From the IMG/VR virus record IMGVR_UViG_3300036803_000072, positions 1 to 64,000 of that record: DNA of 64,000 nucleotides. The stretch is one strand, 5' to 3'. Under the pieces are notes generated by a model, which searched no databases, had not been told where the DNA came from, and was given only the letters and a program-made list of their open reading frames with translations. This stretch comes from a virus (taxonomy: Duplodnaviria > Caudoviricetes). How positions within the stretch are numbered: position 1 is the stretch's first letter; each line of letters begins with the position of its first letter. A program made the translations under genes and the position numbers. Shown here piece after piece: positions 57,251 to 64,000 of this stretch.

Positions 57251-57429
57251 GGCTGGTCCTTACCTTCCTGGATTGGTGTTCAGGGCAAGAGCGATAGCGG
57301 ACAGAACGATTGCGCTGACCAGGCAACGGGCAGCGAGATTGTGCATGCCGTTGTCACTGAGCACGAGGGCGATGAATATGCAGGTGGGTAGGCCGATGGC
57401 GGCGAACCGGGCGAGTGGGCTCCAAGGGT

Positions 57430-58113
57430 TCATGCGGCCATCTCCAAGGACTCGGCCCGACGCCGATGGATCGAGGTGGCGATACCGGCGAGCACGAGCG
57501 CGGTGGCGGCGAGGTTCATCGAGAAGTGCCACCAGACGCGGTAGCTGGCGGCAACCCAGTCGGGCATCAGGTAGGGGGCGAAACCGAACAGGGTGGACAC
57601 GCCGACCGGATGGTGCCAGATCAGCATGGTCGCGGTGAGGCACACGTGCTCGACCATGTGGAAGGCCTGAAGCTGGAAGGCCCAGCGGATCCAGCGGTTG
57701 TCGGTGCGCTGGTACCAGGCGCACACCCCTAGGAAGAAGATCCAGTTGCCGACGAAGTGGGTGAGCTCCATGCCGACGGCCATGTCGCCGGAGTGCCCGG
57801 TGATGGCGGCGAACCCGTGATCGGAGAACTGAAACAGCCACGACATCCACGGTGCGGCGTGCGGGTTGGCCCACCAGGCTTTGACCTGCTCCCAGTGTTC
57901 GTAGAGGTGGTACAGCTGGAAGATGGTCGCGGCCCAGGCCAGCCAGCGCAGTAGGTCCACGGAGTGCTCGGTGATGTGCGGGTGGAAGCTGCCCCAGCGG
58001 TCCAGGAAGTAGGCGTAGCCGAACCACACGGTGATCGCGATCAAAACGAAGATCATCATGAAGGCGCCGATGCCGGAAACGAAGTCATACAGCGCCGAGG
58101 TGACCATGTTCAT
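57430..58113 (-). CDS. Multi-TM His-rich membrane protein (DUF6008-like)
   Basis: FQLYHLYEH, MELTHFVGNWIF, QAFHMVEHV motifs. Confidence 0.6.
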   Translation of the reverse strand: MNMVTSALYDFVSGIGAFMMIFVLIAITVWFGYAYFLDRWGSFHPHITEHSVDLLRWLAWAATIFQLYHLYEHWEQVKAWWANPHAAPWMSWLFQFSDHGFAAITGHSGDMAVGMELTHFVGNWIFFLGVCAWYQRTDNRWIRWAFQLQAFHMVEHVCLTATMLIWHHPVGVSTLFGFAPYLMPDWVAASYRVWWHFSMNLAATALVLAGIATSIHRRRAESLEMAA

Positions 58114-58469
58114 GACCGCACGTCCCTACGGGCGTGCGCGCGCTGAAGATGCCGGTGCGCGCGCTTCAAGCGCCCAGTGGCACCGAGACCGCAGACGGCC
58201 AGTCCGGCGCTGAACCACGTGATCACGTCGAGCACCGAGGCCCAGCGGCCGAACCATTGCTGCTGGATCTGTTCGACGTACATGGCGATGCCGAACAGGT
58301 GGTAGATCAGGATCGCGATGATGGCGGCCGGAGTGAGTACATAGAGGGCGGCGATGTAGTTCTCTGGGTTGGCCCGGGGATTCCATGCCGAGGGTTCCGG
58401 GTACTGCTCGACCGGGTCGGGTGCCAGGGTCAGCGGGGATGGATGGTCGACGGGGTCTGGTGTGGGCAT
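58110..58469 (-). CDS. Two-TM membrane protein
   Basis: First gene after the motif at 58494-518. Confidence 0.55.
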   Translation of the reverse strand: MPTPDPVDHPSPLTLAPDPVEQYPEPSAWNPRANPENYIAALYVLTPAAIIAILIYHLFGIAMYVEQIQQQWFGRWASVLDVITWFSAGLAVCGLGATGRLKRAHRHLQRAHARRDVRS

Positions 58470-58493
58470 GGATGTCTCGTCTCATCGAAGGGT

Positions 58494-58518
58494 GACCGGA
58501 ACAGGTCTTAGACTATCA
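58494..58518 (-). promoter_or_regulatory. Conserved phage motif
   Basis: TGA TAGTCT aagacc TGTTCCGGTC. Confidence 0.7.
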
Positions 58519-59511
58519 CGTGCCGCGTAGTCTGCGGAGCTGCCTTTTGCCGAGCTCCGTCAACCGCACACGGCGCCTGCGCCAGCGACCCCCGCGATCA
58601 ATCTTGACCCAGCCACGCGCGATCGCCGTGTTCAGCGCCGCGCTGTAGTCGAGGTCGCGCTCCAGGGGTTGAGTCTCGACGTTAGCAAGAACCTGGTGCA
58701 GGGTGGCCGGTCCGAAGTCCGGGACCGCCTCGTCGAGCCATGCCAGCTGGTCGCCGCTGTCAGGTGACGGCACATTCTCGATGCCCCGCCACGTCGGCTG
58801 TGACCACGCGTGCGTGCTCCACACGGCGGCCTGCTCAGCTGCCGCTCTCGTCTCGACTGCCGCTCTCATCTCATCCGAATACAAACGGACCACGAACTGC
58901 TCATTGGCCGGCAAAGTAAAGACATCTTCGGACTCGTCAACGGGTACTTCGCCGGACCGGGGTGGGCGGAAGCGGGCCTGGAAGTTCCGGATGCTCTCAT
59001 CGAGCTGGGCCAGCCAGTCCTGGACCTGGTCGGATCCACCCGGTTCCGACGTGACCCGCCACCCCAACGAGGACTCGGCAGGCACGCCGTAGGCGTCGGT
59101 GATTCGCTGACTGATCAGTTCGCGCTGCGCTTCGATGTCGCGACGGAATATCCGAGCCGGATATTGGAGGGGGAAAGTCGGACAATAATCGTCACGGGGC
59201 ACTGTGCGGCACCCGTACTCGTCGGGGAAGCCGGCGGCCTGCGCCTGGGCGAACGTCCGATATTTCGGGGTCGGGAGATGGTCGAGGCTCTCGTCGAGGT
59301 AGTCCTGGGCGGCGAACTCCGATGAGCAGTCGATCAGCGGGGCGCCGATACCGAGCACAGCGGACCAAGCGGCGGGCGCGGCGTCGGGGCGCCGGCAGAT
59401 CCAGCCGTCCGGTACGCGGCGCCACAGGTCGAGGTCGCGGTCGCGTACGGCGGTGATCTCGGGGCCGGGTTCGGGGTCACCGGTGGTGAAGGTGCGGCAC
59501 TGGTCGGTCAT
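58516..59511 (-). CDS. Hypothetical multi-module protein with a winged-helix-like C-terminus
   Basis: ATG 59511 with GGAG RBS; VRDRD.D.W N-terminal module; VRLTELG at the C-terminus. Confidence 0.55.
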   Translation of the reverse strand: MTDQCRTFTTGDPEPGPEITAVRDRDLDLWRRVPDGWICRRPDAAPAAWSAVLGIGAPLIDCSSEFAAQDYLDESLDHLPTPKYRTFAQAQAAGFPDEYGCRTVPRDDYCPTFPLQYPARIFRRDIEAQRELISQRITDAYGVPAESSLGWRVTSEPGGSDQVQDWLAQLDESIRNFQARFRPPRSGEVPVDESEDVFTLPANEQFVVRLYSDEMRAAVETRAAAEQAAVWSTHAWSQPTWRGIENVPSPDSGDQLAWLDEAVPDFGPATLHQVLANVETQPLERDLDYSAALNTAIARGWVKIDRGGRWRRRRVRLTELGKRQLRRLRGT

Positions 59512-59789
59512 GACTTCTCTCCGTGCATCCGTGAGTACGCATAGGCGTGCCAACGATCTTTATTGGAGCCGTCGATCGGTGGCCCGTCATCGGGTGGTCC
59601 GGTAGTCGTCTCGACCCCGGTGCACTCGAAGCACGTCTCGCCCTCGTCGACTTTCGCCAGTGCGAGCTCGGCGAGCTGTTCGTAGGTCGCATCATGCGGT
59701 GCTTCGATCACGACCGTCACCTCCAGCTCTTGCCGCAGGGTCACTTTGTGTCGCATGACGGCCTCCGATGCTTCGCTTCGGCCTTGCAC
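59508..59789 (-). CDS. Hypothetical protein
   Basis: Coupled ORF (probable start MRHKVTL). Confidence 0.5.
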   Translation of the reverse strand: MQGRSEASEAVMRHKVTLRQELEVTVVIEAPHDATYEQLAELALAKVDEGETCFECTGVETTTGPPDDGPPIDGSNKDRWHAYAYSRMHGEKS

Positions 59790-60127
59790 AGGCGGTCCAG
59801 GCGCCGCGCCGCTGCACCCAGCTCGGTCAACGCTTCCGGGGTGAGGCCACCCAGGTACTGCTGGGCGCGGGTCTTGTCGGTGGTCGCGTCGAACGCGTCA
59901 ACGAACGCGTCGAGGATCTCCTCAGGTAGCCGCAGTTCGGTGTCGTCGTCATCCGAGTCAACGATCAGGTCCAGGATCGCAGTGTCGGGCACGATGGTGT
60001 CGCATGCCCAGTCCAGGACTGTGTAGACCGATACGGCGCTGGTGCCGTGCCGACTTTCGGTCAGAGTGAGGGCGTGCAGCTTGTCGCGCATGGCCTGGAT
60101 CTCAGTAGGCGCTCGCATCCCGGTCAT
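59741..60127 (-). CDS. Hypothetical protein
   Basis: TGATG-coupled to 60127-60468. Confidence 0.5.
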   Translation of the reverse strand: MTGMRAPTEIQAMRDKLHALTLTESRHGTSAVSVYTVLDWACDTIVPDTAILDLIVDSDDDDTELRLPEEILDAFVDAFDATTDKTRAQQYLGGLTPEALTELGAAARRLDRLCKAEAKHRRPSCDTK

Positions 60128-60468
60128 CAGTGCATCTCGACTTCCCAGGGGGCGCGGTGGGCGTCCACTTTTTCTAAATCCACCTGAGCCTGCTCGATGG
60201 CTTTGCCCAGCGCGGTGTGCAGTTCGCGGGCAGTGTGCAGGTCGAAACGCAGACTGCGGGTGGTTAGCCAGTCGCCAGCCTTGCTGTATCCCTTGATCCA
60301 CACACGGGCGTAGGTGCCGCGCACCGAAGTACCGCCGACACCGCCTTCCACAGTGTGCGGACGCAGGTTGTGGTCGAAAAACACGTCTTGATCACCTTTG
60401 CCGAACAACCACCGCACTCGGCGGGGCAGCGCGGCGACAGTCTTAGGATCGAGGTCCATGAGTCGCAT
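60127..60468 (-). CDS. Hypothetical protein
   Basis: 113-aa ORF in the array. Confidence 0.55.
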   Translation of the reverse strand: MRLMDLDPKTVAALPRRVRWLFGKGDQDVFFDHNLRPHTVEGGVGGTSVRGTYARVWIKGYSKAGDWLTTRSLRFDLHTARELHTALGKAIEQAQVDLEKVDAHRAPWEVEMH

Positions 60469-60485
60469 TAGTTAGTCCATTCCCT

Positions 60486-61478
60486 CTAGTGCGGTTCGCA
60501 TTCCGTGCAGTCGTCGGGGTCGCAGATCCCAGCCTCGTGAGCGGAGGACGCAGGACGTGGCCCCTCCTCGGGGCGCAGCTCGCGCCACTCAACCCCGCTT
60601 TTCGCGAACCACAACGGCGGCAAACTCAAGCTGCCGTTGTCATGGATCCGGCACCACTCCTGGTAGACGAACTGAAGATGGATCTCCTCATCCTCCGAAA
60701 GGGGGTGCCGGACAACGATCTCCCGATCACTGGGCGCCGATTCCATCGGCCGCCAGGTCAACGGCGACTCACCCCATGGCGTTGTCCAGCGCACGAGGGC
60801 ACGAACCAGCGGCTGGTCTTCCAGCCATTCGACGTCCGGCGTGTCCCACTGCCGCTCGCATTCAGCCTCGAACGCGTCGCGGGCCATGTCTCCGCTCGGG
60901 CCAGAGGTAGACGCGTACGACCAGTCCTCCCGCAGCTTCAACTGCTCCGCCCGACGGCGCAGGAAGTCGAGCAAAGCCAGGCGGTGCGAGTGGGTCATGT
61001 CGGCGAGTCGGATCGGCTCGGTTGCGGGATTATCGGACTGGATCCGGGCGCGCCACCAGTGCGACTGCTTAAGCAGGTCCGATATGCCGACCCGCGCCGG
61101 TGGCGGGCCGAGCTCGTCAACCTGGTCGACCTGGTCGTCGTCATAGAAGCTGGCCTCGAACGCCCAACGCCGGGCGGCCACGATCTCGGCGCGTTCGGCG
61201 ACCTCCTGCGCTTCCAGCGGTGTCCAGGTGGTGCGAATGTCGAAGTACGCACCCTCGACAGCGTCGCCGTCGACCTCCCGGTGCACGTTGGCGCCGTTGA
61301 CCAGGCCCTGGGAGTCGCGCAGATAGTCAGTGTTGCGTTTGACGCTCCACCCTTCGGTGACTTTCGCAACAGCGTCGGCGATCATTGCCCGGCGGGAGTC
61401 GGTCTTGGCATTCAGGGCGTCGCCGAGCGCCGCACTGAGTTCGGTGCGGAATTGGTCAATCGGCTTGGAGCGTTTCAT
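60486..61478 (-). CDS. Hypothetical multi-module protein
   Basis: Contains IRLADMT..HR...L.FL and WRPMESAP.D modules. Confidence 0.6.
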   Translation of the reverse strand: MKRSKPIDQFRTELSAALGDALNAKTDSRRAMIADAVAKVTEGWSVKRNTDYLRDSQGLVNGANVHREVDGDAVEGAYFDIRTTWTPLEAQEVAERAEIVAARRWAFEASFYDDDQVDQVDELGPPPARVGISDLLKQSHWWRARIQSDNPATEPIRLADMTHSHRLALLDFLRRRAEQLKLREDWSYASTSGPSGDMARDAFEAECERQWDTPDVEWLEDQPLVRALVRWTTPWGESPLTWRPMESAPSDREIVVRHPLSEDEEIHLQFVYQEWCRIHDNGSLSLPPLWFAKSGVEWRELRPEEGPRPASSAHEAGICDPDDCTECEPH

Positions 61479-61999
61479 GATTCGTCCCTCGCTTTCAGCG
61501 CGGCGGCGATGATCTCTTGGAAAACGCCCCGGTTCAACACCAGTGCGAAGCCCTCGTGATTGGCAGCGACACGCAGCGCGGCAGTGACCATGTCAGGGGT
61601 CACTGCCGGCTCGGTCGGCTCAACGTGAACACTGAGGAACACGCCCTGGTGGATTTGGCCGATGTGATTGACCACTCTCGGGTTGTCACCGTTCAGCGGC
61701 ATCATGATCACCACTAGATCGCCCCCGACCTCAGGCATGGCGTAAGTGGCGTGCAGGTGATCGAGCCCGGCACTGACCAGAGCCCTCACACGCGGGCCGG
61801 TGACCGGTCCAAGACGACGGGAACTGGACGGGGCCATGTCGAGCCGGCCCAGCTGGCGCCACGCGTCGGTCGCGGATGTGGCGAACACGATCAGAGAGCC
61901 TTGCTTGACGTGCGGTGGCCGTCCTAAGGCGGCGAGCACGTCGCGGGGCAGGAACGCGTTGCCGGGGTCGCGGTAACCGTAGGCGGTGATCTTTTTCAT
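61475..61999 (-). CDS. Hypothetical protein
   Basis: ATG coupled to the upstream stop; VT.DMV.AA C-terminal module. Confidence 0.55.
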   Translation of the reverse strand: MKKITAYGYRDPGNAFLPRDVLAALGRPPHVKQGSLIVFATSATDAWRQLGRLDMAPSSSRRLGPVTGPRVRALVSAGLDHLHATYAMPEVGGDLVVIMMPLNGDNPRVVNHIGQIHQGVFLSVHVEPTEPAVTPDMVTAALRVAANHEGFALVLNRGVFQEIIAAALKARDES

Positions 62000-62229
62000 G
62001 ACCCGTTCGACTTTCTGATCGCGGGGATGATGTCGCAGATGAAGGCGTAGCCGACGACGAATCCGCAGAAGGCCGCCGACCATGGCTTGCCGGTGGTGGC
62101 GGCGATGGCACCGAGAACGATGAAGATCAGAATGCCGATGCCGACGAACCAGGGGGACGCGGGCTTGCGCAGCCAGACGAGCAGTCCGCGTCCCGCGTCC
62201 TTGAGAGATTGACGGCCGGACATGGTCAC
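61996..62229 (-). CDS. Small two-TM membrane protein
   Basis: Hydrophobic; coupled on both sides. Confidence 0.55.
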   Translation of the reverse strand: MTMSGRQSLKDAGRGLLVWLRKPASPWFVGIGILIFIVLGAIAATTGKPWSAAFCGFVVGYAFICDIIPAIRKSNGS

Positions 62230-62849
62230 CCTTCCTGAGCTTCGAGAGCGGCCCTGATGGCGTCGCGCAGGGTGGTGAGGATGTCTGGCCCGTCACCGGC
62301 TTGGCGCCATGATTCGTACGCCTGCTGATAGACAGCGTGGGCGGCTTCGACCATGGCGTCGGTGACTTCGAGCTCGGGCTCGGACTTGCCGTCCAGGCGG
62401 TCGCACAGCTGGGCTAGCTGTTCGGCCTCGGCGTCGAGTCGCCAGGTGGGCAGTAGGCGCCACAGCCCGGACGTGTCGCCCTCGACGATGATGGCGGCGG
62501 AGCGGAACGCGGCGGCCTCGGTGCGCAGAATGTCGCGTTGCGCGTCGGGGGTATTGCTGGTGATGTACTCCTCGCGGCCGTCGGCGATGATGCGCAGTAG
62601 GCAAGCAAGATCGTCGCGCGTGCCCCCTCCTGAGTCGGGGATCGTTTCGATCCTGGTGACGTGCCCGTATTCGCGCTGCGCCTGTTCGCGGGCGGCGGCC
62701 TCGTCGTTGGCCATGGCGAGGTAGGTGTGGTGCTCGCCGGTGACGTCGGTGCACTGCACTTCCGGGGCGAGCGGGCAGGCCCCGGTGACTTTGGCACGCG
62801 GATTGTGGGCGGGGTTGCGGGGCAGTTTGACGGTGACGAGGAAGAACAT
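62226..62849 (-). CDS. Three-module hypothetical protein
   Basis: C...C.D.TGEHH N-terminus, GREEY module, VTDAMVEAA module. Confidence 0.6.
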   Translation of the reverse strand: MFFLVTVKLPRNPAHNPRAKVTGACPLAPEVQCTDVTGEHHTYLAMANDEAAAREQAQREYGHVTRIETIPDSGGGTRDDLACLLRIIADGREEYITSNTPDAQRDILRTEAAAFRSAAIIVEGDTSGLWRLLPTWRLDAEAEQLAQLCDRLDGKSEPELEVTDAMVEAAHAVYQQAYESWRQAGDGPDILTTLRDAIRAALEAQEG

Positions 62850-63045
62850 GGTCACCAGTCCTCGCCGCACTCGATGATGCTGGCCAGGACGGCGGCGGAG
62901 CGGACGGCGCTACGGCCGCGACGCTGGCCACGGTGCGAGCCGGCGGCGGAAGACCGACGGCGCTCCTGGACCTCGACGACGGGACGGGGGACGGGGCGGG
63001 TTGCGAGTGCGCTAGACACGGGGGACTCTCCTAAACTCGGTATCG

Positions 63046-63070
63046 GACCGGAACAAGGCAGAGCCTACCA
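63046..63070 (-). promoter_or_regulatory. Conserved phage motif
   Basis: TGG TAGGCT ctgcct TGTTCCGGTC, then AGGAG RBS. Confidence 0.7.
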
Positions 63071-63161
63071 CGTACCCCGGGTGTGGCGTCAAGCATCGGG
63101 TTCGCCACGCCGACGCGACAACGCCCGGCCCCTTGCGGGTACCGGGCGCTACGCTGCGCGG

Positions 63162-63317
63162 ATGATCGGACTCGTCATCGTGCTATTGGTGCTCTGGGCT
63201 GCGTTGGCCATCATCGGCCTCACGGTCAAAGCCCTGTTCTGGCTGTTCATCGTGGGCGCGGTGCTGTTCGTGCTCACGATCCTCGGTGGCGCGGTCGGAC
63301 ACTCCCGCAAGGGCTAG
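63162..63317 (+). CDS. Small hydrophobic membrane protein (leaderless)
   Basis: MIGLVIVLLVLW...; TACGCT -10 box 6 nt before the ATG. Confidence 0.6.
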   Translation: MIGLVIVLLVLWAALAIIGLTVKALFWLFIVGAVLFVLTILGGAVGHSRKG

Positions 63318-63328
63318 AGGACACCCCG

Positions 63329-63583
63329 CTACGGCTTCTCAGCCTTCCTTACGATGCCGCTGAGGTGCTCAGGGATCAGGTTGTCCAGGGCGAGATGCGC
63401 CCGTACGTCGCTGGCGACGGCGTTGGCGTTGTGCCCGGTGCCGTACTCGGCGTCCCAGCCGGCGACGTCGACCTCGACGGTGCCTCCTACGCGGATCCGG
63501 ATTCCATTGCCCTGTCCTTGTCTGTGGTCGGGATGAAAAGTACGGTCAGAATCTCTTGTATCGACGGTGCTGAGAGTTCTCAT
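63329..63583 (-). CDS. Hypothetical protein
   Basis: IRVGGTVEVDV..W..EYG motif; start uncertain. Confidence 0.5.
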   Translation of the reverse strand: MRTLSTVDTRDSDRTFHPDHRQGQGNGIRIRVGGTVEVDVAGWDAEYGTGHNANAVASDVRAHLALDNLIPEHLSGIVRKAEKP

Positions 63584-63770
63584 AGAGAATGAATGCCACC
63601 CAAATCGCCAGTGTCGCCCCGATAACACAGAGCTCCGCAATGGAGCCGCCCAGTCCCCACAACACGACCTCTCCCGCAAGCACTAGAGCGGCCAGAATTG
63701 TGAGGTCGCGCTGAGCTCTACGATGGATCTTGTCGAGGTTGCGGTGATAGCGGACGTCATAATCTTTCAT
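63546..63770 (-). CDS. Small membrane protein
   Basis: Two hydrophobic segments; AAGGG RBS. Confidence 0.5.
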   Translation of the reverse strand: MKDYDVRYHRNLDKIHRRAQRDLTILAALVLAGEVVLWGLGGSIAELCVIGATLAIWVAFILYENSQHRRYKRF

Positions 63771-64000
63771 GGCGACCCTTCGAGAAAGTGAGTTAGCGGA
63801 TCGGGTCGGGGTCGCCGTCGAGGAGACCGTCGTCAACCGTCTCGGTCTCCGGCAGGATCACCAGGTAGTCGGTCAACTCGCGGCAGGTCCCCATCAGCGG
63901 GTCATCCCAGCGCACGCGGCAGGCCTTCGGGCCGTACGTGCCGACGATCAGGCCGGTGACGCTGGCGTAGCCCTGGTAGTGGGTGCGGTGCCCGATGAGG

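Overview
64 kb of a large, high-GC actinomycete phage genome (free phage, prophage or phage-plasmid; no integrase or host housekeeping genes are visible). The minus strand carries a contractile-tail module (partial tape measure, chaperone, tube, sheath, neck genes, 1-6.3 kb) and an HK97-type head module (capsid, prohead protease, MuF, portal) that is repeatedly interrupted by accessory genes. No terminase, baseplate or lysis genes are seen in the window. Standout features: (1) a 3259-aa head polyprotein fusing a prohead protease to a DarB-like methyltransferase/SNF2 helicase, with a second gene nested out of frame inside it; (2) a MuF intein whose interior is the antisense strand of a complete HTH + PD-(D/E)xK endonuclease gene with its own RBS and promoter motif; (3) an apparently complete Streptomyces-plasmid-type conjugation module (GntR repressor with operator, Spd-like, TraA-like, TraB) followed by a 10-bp-phased repeat array resembling clt; (4) host-like development and envelope genes (BldN-like ECF sigma, Rpf-LysM, class F sortase) and a DnaE polymerase; (5) a conserved TGnTAnnnT-N6-TGTTCCGGT(C/A) motif in front of 9 transcription units. 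The right 16 kb is an array of small hypothetical phage genes. All family assignments come from motif recognition, not database searches.
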